A DNA stretch of 62,661 bases, filler included. It is 3 parts of 3 records of this genome, joined end to end, with 100 filler letters (N's around TTAATTAATTAA, not from the genome) between each part and the next. Parts side by side here need not be neighbours in the genome. Positions count along the whole stretch, not along the records: positions 26,831 to 52,613 come from SRR20825019_705; 2 more parts are not named here. One strand, written 5' to 3'. Positions 32,640-41,905 of the stretch are shown piece after piece. The position numbers and the translations under genes were made by a program. Position 1 is the first letter of the stretch. Each line of letters opens with the position of its first letter. Under the pieces are notes generated by a model that saw nothing but the letters and a program-made list of their open reading frames with translations, was not told where the DNA came from and ran no database searches.

Positions 32640-32795
32640 TAGGGGGCTCCTTCCCTCTTTCACCCGGCACCTGTCAGCCGTTTCCGGCCGGACGGTGCCG
32701 GACCATAAACCCCGGCGCTCCTTGAACAGGCACCGGGAAATCTTCAATCATTCAAGCTGGCATAGAGGCCAGCATTCAGGTTGGGCGGGTTGCTG

Positions 32796-33608
32796 TCAGG
32801 CCACGAACTCTCGCTCCAGAGGTGCCGCGTCTTCCCGGGCGAGACCGAGGCTTCCCAGCCGCCCGAGCTCCGGCACCGTGCGGGTAATGCCGGCAAGGCG
32901 CAGCATATGCCAGGCCAGCACCTGATTGCTGCACAGGAACGGCTTGCCCGTCGCCTGCTCCGCATCGGCAATGACAGCCGACGCGCGCAGATTGGTGCAG
33001 GAGGCAAAAACGGCCTCGACCTGCGGGTCGGCCGCGACCTTTTCCGCCGCGGACAGGATGGAATGCGGGGCAATCCGGGCAACCAGATTTTCCTCTTCCC
33101 GGCCGAAAACCACGGCACGGACAAACGGTGTGCCGCTTTCGGACAGTTCGGTCTCCAGCGCGTCCGTCACCGAGCGGATATAGGGGCTGACAAGACCAAG
33201 GCGCGTCACGCCAAGGGCCGCCGCTGCCGCTTTCAGGGCGGAGAGCGGGTTGGTCACCGGCACGCCCGGATGCTCCGACTGCACAAGCTCCTGCACCCGC
33301 GTCTCGCCAAGCACCGTCGAGGCCGAGGTGCAGCCGTAACCAATGACGGAAAGCGGCGGCTCCTTCAGCAACAGGGACGCAGCGGAGGGGATATGATTCT
33401 CCATCTGCCGCAAGGTCTCTGTCGTCACTGTGGGGGAGCTGGGGATACGCGTGTGATAGAGGGCAATGGACGGGTCCGCCGTGAAGATGCGGAAATCCTG
33501 CTCGATGGTCTCGTCCGTCTGCAGGACGATCAGCCCGAGCCGGTACGGCCACGGCATGGCGGGATCGATTTCATGCTCCTGCATGCCGCTCTCTGCATCT
33601 TGTACCAT
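32796..33608 (-). CDS. Asp/Glu racemase / maleate isomerase family protein (EutA-like)
   Basis: GLIVLQTDETIE; two catalytic-type cysteines GYGCTSA and ASCTNL; SNQVLAW. Confidence 0.85.
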   Translation of the reverse strand: MVQDAESGMQEHEIDPAMPWPYRLGLIVLQTDETIEQDFRIFTADPSIALYHTRIPSSPTVTTETLRQMENHIPSAASLLLKEPPLSVIGYGCTSASTVLGETRVQELVQSEHPGVPVTNPLSALKAAAAALGVTRLGLVSPYIRSVTDALETELSESGTPFVRAVVFGREEENLVARIAPHSILSAAEKVAADPQVEAVFASCTNLRASAVIADAEQATGKPFLCSNQVLAWHMLRLAGITRTVPELGRLGSLGLAREDAAPLEREFVA

Positions 33609-33688
33609 CAAAACAGCCTCCCTCTCATCACACCAACATGGCCATACGGGCGGCTGCGATCAATCGCGCGCCTGGCAAGACAGAAATC

Positions 33689-34852
33689 TCAATGCACCAC
33701 CGGCAATTCCAGGGGCGCCCGTCTGGTCAACAATTCCGCACCCTCTTCCCGGATCACGATATTCTCTTCATGCACCATCATCTTGCCCAGCGCATATTCA
33801 AGCCCGGGTTCCAGGGTCAGCACCATGCCCGGCCGCAAAATTGTCATGTCAGACGCGGTGATTGACGGCCATTCGGTCAGTTGCATGCCGAGGCCGTGCC
33901 CCAGCCTGCCAACATCGCCGACCTGGGCACCGCCTGCCTCCAGCACCTGCGCCATCACCCGGAAGAGATCGGCACAGGTCGCACCGGGCCGGGCCGCCGC
34001 CAGTGCCGCATCCGTCGCGGCATAAGCGGCCGCATAGGCAGAACGCACGTCACCGGATGGCGTTCCAATGGCAAAATTGCGGTCGAAGTCACAGAAATAG
34101 CCGTCATGCAGGGTGCCGGTATCGAGGATCAGCACGTCTCCATCGGTCACCCTGCGATCCGAAGGCGGCGAAATAATGTCGCCATACCCGCCCGGCCCTG
34201 CGCCGCCGACCAGATAGGACACGTCATCCGCCCCGGCCTTCAGGCAAGCGATCTTGAAATCCCGGAAAATTTCCCGTTCGCTCATTCCCGCGCTGAGCCA
34301 GGACGGCCAATCCTCGAACACGCCAGAGACCATCTGGCAGGCTGTCCGAATTTTTTCGATCTCGGCCTCGGACTTGATCATGCGGAGACGCCGATGGATG
34401 CCCGCATCGTCCCGGAAAGCCGCGTCAGGCAGAGACGCCCGCAATGTTTCAAAATCGGCAAGCGGCAAGCGGAGATGGGTCTCCGGGCCGGACGGAACAC
34501 CGATGACCGGCCTGTCTCCGCCGAGTTCCCTGATAGTGTCCGCCAGCAGTGACAGCCCCTCATCCTCAGGGCACGGGGACGGCCAGGTCCGGATATCCTC
34601 GATCCAGGTCCGCTCCATGGCGGCGGCGCCGATACCCGGGATCACCGCGACCGGTTTGCCTGCTCGTGGCATGAGCAGAAACCAGGGCCGGGTCGGGCTT
34701 TGCCAGAACTGGGTCAGGAAGCCGCTGAAATAACGCACTTCAGGCTCGGTGGTCAGCAGCAGGAGGTCGAGCCCGTCTGCCGCCATCAACGCCTGTGCCC
34801 GAGCGACCCGCGCCTCGAACTCGGAGACGGGAAAGCCGCGCCCGGCGCTCAT
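33689..34852 (-). CDS. M24 family (Xaa-Pro-like) metallohydrolase
   Basis: Creatinase-type N-domain; metal ligands in LDTG...YFCDFDR, GHGLG, TLEPG, HEEN. ATG overlaps the upstream stop (ATGA). Confidence 0.88.
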   Translation of the reverse strand: MSAGRGFPVSEFEARVARAQALMAADGLDLLLLTTEPEVRYFSGFLTQFWQSPTRPWFLLMPRAGKPVAVIPGIGAAAMERTWIEDIRTWPSPCPEDEGLSLLADTIRELGGDRPVIGVPSGPETHLRLPLADFETLRASLPDAAFRDDAGIHRRLRMIKSEAEIEKIRTACQMVSGVFEDWPSWLSAGMSEREIFRDFKIACLKAGADDVSYLVGGAGPGGYGDIISPPSDRRVTDGDVLILDTGTLHDGYFCDFDRNFAIGTPSGDVRSAYAAAYAATDAALAAARPGATCADLFRVMAQVLEAGGAQVGDVGRLGHGLGMQLTEWPSITASDMTILRPGMVLTLEPGLEYALGKMMVHEENIVIREEGAELLTRRAPLELPVVH

Positions 34853-36057
34853 GCCGCCAGGTCGCCGACAATCGATTTGTAGATTTCGGGATCCGTCGCG
34901 CCCTCGCTGCCGATCAGCAATACCCGGCTGTCCGGACCGAGGCCGAGCTGTTCTTTCAGCGCCGGGTTCGCGGCCACGGCAAGCAGGCCAACCAGCCCCG
35001 CAACACCGGACTCGCCCCCCGTGATCTTCGTGCCCGTCGCACCCGAAGCCAGCAGTCGCATGGCCGGGCCGACGCCTTCTTCCCCGACAGTGATGTAATC
35101 GGTGCATCCGGCGGAAAGAACCGGCCAGGCAACGAGCGACATTTCCCCGCAGGAAAGTCCCGCCATCAAGGTCTCTTCGTGGATCGGCACGATCGCGGGT
35201 TTGTCCTGCCGCGCGCTCTCGATGGCGCAGGCGGCAAGATCGGGTTCGACAATGACGGTGCGGGGAGCCTTGTCCCCATATCCCTGCCAGAGCCGCGCGA
35301 CCATCGCGGCGGCGAAACCGCCGACACCGGCCTGCACGAACATATGGGTCGGCGCGTCTTCGGCCTGGCCCAGCACTTCGCTCGCCATCACCGTATAGCC
35401 GGCCATCACGTCGCGCGGGATATCGAGATAGCCGGGATAGGAGGCATCGGAGACCACGAACCAGCCGTTCGTCTGGGCCTCGTTCTCACAATATTTCAGG
35501 GACAGATCGTAATCGCCGTCGATCCGACGGACATCGGCGCCGAAAGCCTCCATGGCCTGCTTGCGGCCCTGGCTGACCTCGGCATGGATGTAGATGACGC
35601 AGGCGCAGCCCGCCATCTCGGCACCCCAGGCAACAGAGCGGCCGTGATTGCCGTCGGTCGCGCAGGTCACCGTCAGGTCTTTCAGGGCAGACGCAAATTT
35701 ACCGGAACGGATATCAGACAGCGCCGCATCGCCGTGCCCCTTCTCGGCAAGCCACTTGCGGGCCAGCAGCATGACGGCATAGGCACCACCAAGGGCCTTG
35801 AAGCTGCCAAGGCCGAAGCGCGGCCCCTCGTCCTTGTAAAGCACCGCCCCGACGCCAAGATCATCGGCAAGCTTTGTCAGCGAATAGAGCGGTGTCGGGG
35901 CATACCCCGGCCAGGACGAAATCTCCGCGATAGCGGCTTCCGCCATCCCCGTCGGAAACTCGGCCTCAAGTGCGCGCGGATAGGTGCCGCCGACAGCGTC
36001 ATGCGTCGCGTGCTGCCGGAGCAGTTCCGGCGCCGTCAGTTCCCGTTCCATCGTCAT
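34849..36057 (-). CDS. Diaminopropionate ammonia-lyase family PLP enzyme
   Basis: KDEGPRFGLGSFKALGG (PLP Lys), ATDGNHG, MAGYTVM, QAGVGG, MAGLSCG, EGATDP. Confidence 0.88.
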   Translation of the reverse strand: MTMERELTAPELLRQHATHDAVGGTYPRALEAEFPTGMAEAAIAEISSWPGYAPTPLYSLTKLADDLGVGAVLYKDEGPRFGLGSFKALGGAYAVMLLARKWLAEKGHGDAALSDIRSGKFASALKDLTVTCATDGNHGRSVAWGAEMAGCACVIYIHAEVSQGRKQAMEAFGADVRRIDGDYDLSLKYCENEAQTNGWFVVSDASYPGYLDIPRDVMAGYTVMASEVLGQAEDAPTHMFVQAGVGGFAAAMVARLWQGYGDKAPRTVIVEPDLAACAIESARQDKPAIVPIHEETLMAGLSCGEMSLVAWPVLSAGCTDYITVGEEGVGPAMRLLASGATGTKITGGESGVAGLVGLLAVAANPALKEQLGLGPDSRVLLIGSEGATDPEIYKSIVGDLAA

Positions 36058-36091
36058 GCCCAGCCCCCCGTTGCAAATGTTCCCGTCCGCG

Positions 36092-37915
36092 TTACTCCAC
36101 GGTCACGCTCTTTGCAAGGTTACGGGGCTGATCGACGTCGGTGCCTTTTTCCGTCGCGGTGAAATAGGCCAGCAGCTGAACCGGCACCGTATAGAGGATC
36201 GGCGCCACCATCGGGTCGCATTCCGGCATCTCGAATGACCATGTCGCGAGGTCACCAAGCCGCTCGATCCCGGTCTTGTCGGACAGCAGGATCACCTTGC
36301 CGCCGCGCGCCCGCACTTCCATCGCGTTACTCGCTACCTTTTCGAACCACGGGTCCAGCGGCGCCACCATGATGACCGGGAGGCCTTCTTCCAAAAGCGC
36401 AATCGGGCCGTGCTTCAGCTCACCGGCGGCATAACCTTCGGCGTGGATGTAGCTCAGCTCCTTCAGCTTCAGCGCGCCTTCCAGAGCGACCGGATAGGAC
36501 AGGCCGCGGCCGAGATAGAGCACGTCGCGGGCCTTGGACAGCTCATGGCTGACCGGCTGCCACCGCTCCATATCCTTCAGCACCTCGCCGATCTGCGCCG
36601 GAAGATGCACCAGACTGTCGAGCACTCCGTTCAACACCTCGTCGGAGGCCGTGCCGCGCTTGCGCGCGAAATCCACGGCCATGGTCAGCAGGGCGACGAG
36701 CTGGGTGGTGAAAGCCTTGGTCGAGGCAACGCAGATTTCCGGACCCGCGAGGGTTTCCAGTACCACGTCGGATTCCCGCGCGATCGTGCTTTCCGGCTGG
36801 TTCACCAGCGCCAGGATATGCTGCCCCGCCTCGCGGGCATGGCGCAGCGCCATCAACGTGTCCAGGCTTTCGCCGGACTGGGAGATAAACAGTGCCGCGC
36901 CGCCTTCCGGCATGACCGGATTACGATAGCGGAACTCGGAGGCGATATCGATTTCGACCGGCACCCGCGCCAGGGTCTCGAACCAGTATTTCGCCACCAT
37001 CCCGGCATAGAAGCTGGTCCCGGCGGCAACGATCGTCAGTTTCGGCAGGCTCGCCGGATCGAACGGCAGGTCCGGCAGTTTGATGGACCGGTCGGTGGCA
37101 CTGTAATACTGGAACAGTGTGTAGCCCATGACTTCCGGCTGATCATGGATTTCCTTCTCCATGAAGTGCCGGTAATTGCCCTTGCCGATCAGAGCGCCCG
37201 TCGCTGCGGTCAGACTGATCTTGCGCTCCACCGGTGCGCCGGTCTCGTCATGGATCTCGGCACCGGCACGGCGGATGATCGCCCAGTCCCCGTCCTCCAG
37301 ATAGGCGATCCGGCGGGTGAAGGGAGCCAGCGCCAGCGCGTCGGAGCCGATGAACATCTCCCCTTCGCCATAGCCGATTGCCAATGGCGACGCCCGCCGG
37401 GCACAGAGCAGCAAATCTTCCTCGCCATCGATCATCAGCACCAGCGCATAGGCGCCAGTCACCCTGAGAGCGATCTCCTTCATCGCCTCTTCCGGGCTCT
37501 TCCCGGCGGTCAGCAATTTTTCGAAATAGAGCGCGACGATCTCGGTATCGGTCTCGCTTTCCGGCTTGATGCCTTCGGCCGCGAGTTCCGCACCCAGTTC
37601 CTGGTAATTCTCGATGATGCCGTTATGGACGACAGTCACCCGGCCAGCCCGGTGCGGATGGGCATTGCGCACCGTCGGCGCACCGTGTGTCGCCCATCTT
37701 GTGTGACCGATACCGATAGAGCCGCCGAGCGGCTGCTCGGTAACGGATTTCTCAAGATTGAAGAGCTTGCCTTCCGCCCGCCGGCGCTCGGCCGGACCGC
37801 CATCCAGCGTCGCCACCCCGGCGGAATCATAGCCGCGATATTCCAGCCGCTTCAGCGCGTCGACAATGGGTTCGGCAACAGGCCGGTTCGCGATCATTCC
37901 GATGATGCCGCACAT
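36092..37915 (-). CDS. glmS: Glutamine-fructose-6-phosphate aminotransferase
   Basis: MCGIIG, GHTRWATHG, QPRNLAKSVTVE. Confidence 0.97.
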   Translation of the reverse strand: MCGIIGMIANRPVAEPIVDALKRLEYRGYDSAGVATLDGGPAERRRAEGKLFNLEKSVTEQPLGGSIGIGHTRWATHGAPTVRNAHPHRAGRVTVVHNGIIENYQELGAELAAEGIKPESETDTEIVALYFEKLLTAGKSPEEAMKEIALRVTGAYALVLMIDGEEDLLLCARRASPLAIGYGEGEMFIGSDALALAPFTRRIAYLEDGDWAIIRRAGAEIHDETGAPVERKISLTAATGALIGKGNYRHFMEKEIHDQPEVMGYTLFQYYSATDRSIKLPDLPFDPASLPKLTIVAAGTSFYAGMVAKYWFETLARVPVEIDIASEFRYRNPVMPEGGAALFISQSGESLDTLMALRHAREAGQHILALVNQPESTIARESDVVLETLAGPEICVASTKAFTTQLVALLTMAVDFARKRGTASDEVLNGVLDSLVHLPAQIGEVLKDMERWQPVSHELSKARDVLYLGRGLSYPVALEGALKLKELSYIHAEGYAAGELKHGPIALLEEGLPVIMVAPLDPWFEKVASNAMEVRARGGKVILLSDKTGIERLGDLATWSFEMPECDPMVAPILYTVPVQLLAYFTATEKGTDVDQPRNLAKSVTVE

Positions 37916-37940
37916 CCGTCGGGCGTCCTTTCAGTCAGAT

Positions 37941-39344
37941 TTACTTTTGCTTGGTCTTGTTGGCGGCCTTGCGGGCCGCATCTGTCTTGTTGGCGGCCTT
38001 CCGGGCCGCCCGGGCCTCTCGGAACCGTTTCGCGGCCCCCTCGCCGACGGTACGCTCGCCACGCACGACCACGATGTCGTCCGGTCCCACATCGTCACCG
38101 ATAGTGCTGCCGGCCCCGATCAGCGCGCCGTCGCCGATACTGACCGGCGCCACCAGCGAGGAATTCGAGCCAATGAAGGCACCGGCGCCGATTTCGGTGC
38201 GATGCTTCTCATAGCCGTCGTAATTGCAGGTGATGGTTCCGGCACCGATATTCGCCCCGGCACCGACACTGGCATCACCGATATAGCTCAGATGATTGGC
38301 CTTGGCGCCTTCCCCCAAGGTCGCGTTCTTCACCTCGACGAAATTGCCGATATGCGCGCCAGCCCCGAGATCCGCGCCCGGGCGCAACCGCGCATAGGGG
38401 CCGATCCTGGCACCCTTCGCGACCGCCGCCCCTTCGAGATGGGAAAAGCTCTTGATCTCGACGCCTTCACCAATCGCCACGCCCGGCCCGAACACGCAAT
38501 GCGGCTGCACCACACTGTCTCGTCCGATCTTCGTATCGTAACTGAGGAACACTGTTTCGGGGGCAACGAGGGTCACCCCGTCTTCCATCAGGCGGCGGCG
38601 CAGCCGTTCCTGCATGCGGGCTTCGGCATCGGCCAGCCCGATCCGGGAATCAACGCCCATGGTTTCCACCGGATCGACCCAGACAACGGCGCCCCGGCGG
38701 CCTTCCTCAAGGGCGAATTGCAGCAGGTCGAACAGATAGAACTCCCCCTGCGCATTCCGGGGGTCGAGACGGCCAAGCCAGTCCGCCAGCCGCGCCCCGT
38801 CGACCGCAAGCGCACCGCCATTGCAAAGCCGGATCGACCGCTCGCCTTCCTTAAGGTCCGGTGCCTCGATGATCCGGAGCAGGTTCCCGGCATCGTCCAG
38901 ATCCAGCCGCGCGTATCGGCCGGGATTGTCGCTCTCGAAGCCAAGCACGACAAAAGCGGCACCATCGGCCCCCTCCGTCGCGGCCACCATCCGCGCCAGC
39001 GTCTCCTGGCTCAGCATCGGCGTGTCGCCGAACAGCACCAGCACCGTGCCGGTAAAGCCTTCCAGCTCCCCGAGCGCTGCCCGCACCGCATCGCCTGTTC
39101 CGCGTGGCGGATGCTGGATCGCCGTCGGGATCGGCGCCACGCTTGCCGCCACATCCTCCTGCCCCGGCGCCAGCACCACGACCCGGCGCTCCGGCGAGAG
39201 CGTTTCCGAGGCCGCCAGCACGTGATGCAGCATGGGCCGCCCGGCAATCGGGTGCAGCACCTTCGGCAGATCAGATTTCATCCGTGTGCCCTTGCCCGCA
39301 GCAAGGATGACGACAGCGACGGAGGCAGCAGCAGAAGCGTTCAT
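37941..39344 (-). CDS. glmU: Bifunctional UDP-GlcNAc pyrophosphorylase / GlcN-1-P acetyltransferase
   Basis: LAAGKGTRMKS, GNFVEVK, HLSYIGDA, TCNYDG; hexapeptide repeats. Confidence 0.97.
   Translation of the reverse strand: MNASAAASVAVVILAAGKGTRMKSDLPKVLHPIAGRPMLHHVLAASETLSPERRVVVLAPGQEDVAASVAPIPTAIQHPPRGTGDAVRAALGELEGFTGTVLVLFGDTPMLSQETLARMVAATEGADGAAFVVLGFESDNPGRYARLDLDDAGNLLRIIEAPDLKEGERSIRLCNGGALAVDGARLADWLGRLDPRNAQGEFYLFDLLQFALEEGRRGAVVWVDPVETMGVDSRIGLADAEARMQERLRRRLMEDGVTLVAPETVFLSYDTKIGRDSVVQPHCVFGPGVAIGEGVEIKSFSHLEGAAVAKGARIGPYARLRPGADLGAGAHIGNFVEVKNATLGEGAKANHLSYIGDASVGAGANIGAGTITCNYDGYEKHRTEIGAGAFIGSNSSLVAPVSIGDGALIGAGSTIGDDVGPDDIVVVRGERTVGEGAAKRFREARAARKAANKTDAARKAANKTKQK
37954..38009 (-). 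repeat. 30-nt-period tandem duplication in the glmU 3' end
   Basis: GTCTTGTTGGCGGCCTT(G/C)CGGGCCGC at 37954 and 37984, encoding AARKAANKT twice. Confidence 0.85.
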
Positions 39345-39575
39345 GTACCGGCGAATTTCCGAGAGAGTCCAAAAGGGTTAATCGCAGGGCAAAAATGCCA
39401 CAGGGCCCGGCGCCGAGACAGTCACGTTTTCTTACTCTTCACAACAGCTTGCTGTCAGGCTTCGGCACCACCGCTCATCTGGTATATAGCGCGGCCAAAT
39501 TCGGCACAATGACGGCGCCAAACCCGTGCTATAGCCAACATTCCGAACAACAGAACGGCCCCGGCAAGTTACATC

Positions 39576-40244
39576 ATGCGCACACTTTCCCACATCGTCT
39601 TCGACCTGGACGGCACCCTGATCGATTCCGTGCATGACCTGCATGCCGCCGGTAATCTGCTGCTGGAAGAGATGGGCCTCGCCCCGATCGACCTTGCGAC
39701 CGCCCGCAGCTTCATCGGCGATGGCGGACAGGTCTATGTCAGGCGCTCCCTGGAGCTGCGTGGCCAGACACCGGACGCGGCCGCCCTCAGTACCGCGACG
39801 GAACGCTTCATCGCACTGTACGAGGCCAATGCCAGCAACCGGACCATCCCCTATCCGGACGTGCCCGAGACCCTGACAGCCCTGAAAGACGCAGGCTTCC
39901 GCCTCGGCATCTGTACCAACAAGCCGGAGCGCGCCACTCACAAGGTGCTCACCCTGCTCGGCCTCGATCATCTGTTCGACGCCATTGTCGGCGGCGATAC
40001 CCTGCCCGTCCGCAAACCGGACCCGGCCCATCCCGCCGCCGTTCTGGAGCGCCTGGGCGCCACGCCGGAGGCCGCCTGCATGGTCGGCGACAACGAGCAT
40101 GACGCGCACTCCGCCAAGGGCGCAGGCATGCCCTTCATCCTGATGCGCTACGGCTATGCCCGCACCCCGCTGGACGAAATCCCCGCCGCCGCCCGGCTCG
40201 ACCATTTTCGAGATTTGCCGAAAACCATCGCATCGCTCGCTTGA
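39576..40244 (+). CDS. gph: HAD phosphatase, phosphoglycolate phosphatase-like
   Basis: FDLDGTLIDS, CTNKP, KPDP, MVGD; divergent from glmU. Confidence 0.88.
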   Translation: MRTLSHIVFDLDGTLIDSVHDLHAAGNLLLEEMGLAPIDLATARSFIGDGGQVYVRRSLELRGQTPDAAALSTATERFIALYEANASNRTIPYPDVPETLTALKDAGFRLGICTNKPERATHKVLTLLGLDHLFDAIVGGDTLPVRKPDPAHPAAVLERLGATPEAACMVGDNEHDAHSAKGAGMPFILMRYGYARTPLDEIPAAARLDHFRDLPKTIASLA

Positions 40245-40287
40245 CAGCGCAAAGCCCGCCGCTTAAGAGAGCGGTCCGTCAAGCGAC

Positions 40288-40362
40288 GGGCGCGTAGCTC
40301 AGCGGGAGAGCACTGCCTTCACACGGCAGGGGTCACAGGTTCAATCCCTGTCGCGCCCACCA
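40288..40362 (+). tRNA. tRNA-Val (anticodon CAC)
   Basis: GGGCGCG/CGCGCCC acceptor stem, CTGCC-TT-CAC-AC-GGCAG anticodon arm, GGTTCAATCC T-loop, encoded CCA; TTGACA at 40241. Confidence 0.97.
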
Positions 40363-40431
40363 CGCTTCAAGCGGATTTCCGATCAGAAAAAGTAGCGCTC
40401 TCTGGTTCAATTGAACCGGAACGGACGCAAA

Positions 40432-40752
40432 TCAGTTTTTCTCAAGATGCGCCGAGATCCGCGCCTGTACGTCCTGCGGCTGAGCATTAACCGCGTCGGC
40501 GAGCCGGTGCAATTCGCGGCGCAGGCCGTGGACCTGGTCGAGCAGCGGCAGGACAACGTCCAGAGCCTCATCGTCCAGCGCCAGCTCGGAGCGGAATTCG
40601 ACGATCAGACGCAAACGGGCAACGTCGATTTCCTGAAAGATATATCCGTCACCGCCGCGCACTGGCGCGAGCCAGCCGCGCTCGATCCAGACATGCAGCG
40701 TCTCGCGGTGCAGCCCGGAAAACAGGCCGAGGATTTCTGCTTCTTCCCGCAT
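40432..40752 (-). CDS. CbpM-like chaperone modulator (MerR-like HTH)
   Basis: WIERGWL...DVARLRLI...L.LLDQV pattern; directly downstream of the J-domain gene. Confidence 0.82.
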   Translation of the reverse strand: MREEAEILGLFSGLHRETLHVWIERGWLAPVRGGDGYIFQEIDVARLRLIVEFRSELALDDEALDVVLPLLDQVHGLRRELHRLADAVNAQPQDVQARISAHLEKN

Positions 40753-40755
40753 GGC

Positions 40756-41691
40756 TCAGCCCTCCTTTTCCGTGCGCGGATCGTAGGAATGGGTCTTCGC
40801 CCACTCCGCGAGGAAACTCTTCAGCTCCGCGTCCGGCTGCTTCGGCAGTTGCACCCGCAGCGTCACCACCTGATCGCCCGCCGAACGACCGCCCGCGGCA
40901 GGCACGCCCTTGCCGCGCAGCCGCAGGGTATCCCCGCTGTTGGAGCCTGCCGGAACACTCATGGTCACGGCGCCCGTCACGGTCGGCACCCTAACCTTGG
41001 CGCCGAGAACCGCTTCATGCAGGCCGATGGGAAGGTCGGTATGGATATTGTTGCCGTGGCGGCGAAAGCCGGGATGCGCCGCGACATGAACCTCGACATA
41101 GGCATCACCGGCCGGACCGCCTCCATATCCCGGCATGCCCTGCCCCCGCAGCCTGAGGATCTGGCCCTCGTGCAATCCAGCCGGAATAGAAAGATCCAGC
41201 ACCTTGCCGTTCGGCATGGTGACACGCTTTTTCGCGCCGTTGATCGCTTCGAGAAAGGGGACTTCTATCGAATAGCGGACATCACCGCCGCGCATCCGGA
41301 ATTCGGCGCCATCGGCACCCCGAGCGCCCGCCTGGCCTCCACCCCGCGCATGGGCGCGGAACAGATCCGAGAAGACATCGCTGATATCCTCATACCCCGC
41401 GCTCGACTGGTAGGGATGCTCCCCGCCTGCCCCGGCATAGTCGCGGTAATAATGCTGCCGTGTCTCGTTCCCTTCCGCATCGATGGCGCCGGCATCGTAC
41501 TGTTTCCGCTTTTCTGGATCGGACAACAGGTTGTTGGCAGCCTGAAGCTTTTTGAACGTCTCCTCCGCGGCCTTGTCGCCGGGATTGAGGTCCGGATGGT
41601 ACTTCTTCGCCAGCTTCCGGTAGGCCTTCTTGATGTCATCGCTGGACGCATCTTTGGAGACGCCCAGCACCTCGTATAGCTCGTCCGCCAC
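40756..41691 (-). CDS. DnaJ-class chaperone without zinc finger (CbpA-like)
   Basis: J-domain [14 protein letters not shown]-terminal LRLRGQG/LRLRGKG repeats. Confidence 0.9.
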   Translation of the reverse strand: MADELYEVLGVSKDASSDDIKKAYRKLAKKYHPDLNPGDKAAEETFKKLQAANNLLSDPEKRKQYDAGAIDAEGNETRQHYYRDYAGAGGEHPYQSSAGYEDISDVFSDLFRAHARGGGQAGARGADGAEFRMRGGDVRYSIEVPFLEAINGAKKRVTMPNGKVLDLSIPAGLHEGQILRLRGQGMPGYGGGPAGDAYVEVHVAAHPGFRRHGNNIHTDLPIGLHEAVLGAKVRVPTVTGAVTMSVPAGSNSGDTLRLRGKGVPAAGGRSAGDQVVTLRVQLPKQPDAELKSFLAEWAKTHSYDPRTEKEG

Positions 41692-41905
41692 GGTGGCACT
41701 CTTTCTCTGCGGTTACGCAACTGGAGTTAGAAAGACACGATACTTCATTCGGGAAGGTCCGCAATGGATCGGTGGCGTCCGCAAAATGAAATTGCACCAA
41801 TTCAGCAACGCTCCTCTTCTTGCTATACCGTTCCCACCGTCGGACACTCTCGTCATCTCGCGCCCAACCGGCGCACATCAATCAATAAAAAACGGCGAGG
41901 AAACC

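Noticed and set aside
33689..34852. Calling the M24 protein ectoine hydrolase DoeA/EutD or DMSP lyase DddP
   Set aside because: It keeps the canonical metal ligands, and doeB/eutE and doeD partners are absent; I see no specific DddP evidence.
40288..40431. Prophage or integrative element at tRNA-Val
   Set aside because: No integrase, no att-like duplication and no phage genes seen in the contig.
41806..41835. GGAAC...CGTT upstream of the cbpA-like gene as an EcfG promoter
   Set aside because: The spacer is 19 nt, outside the 16-17 nt consensus.
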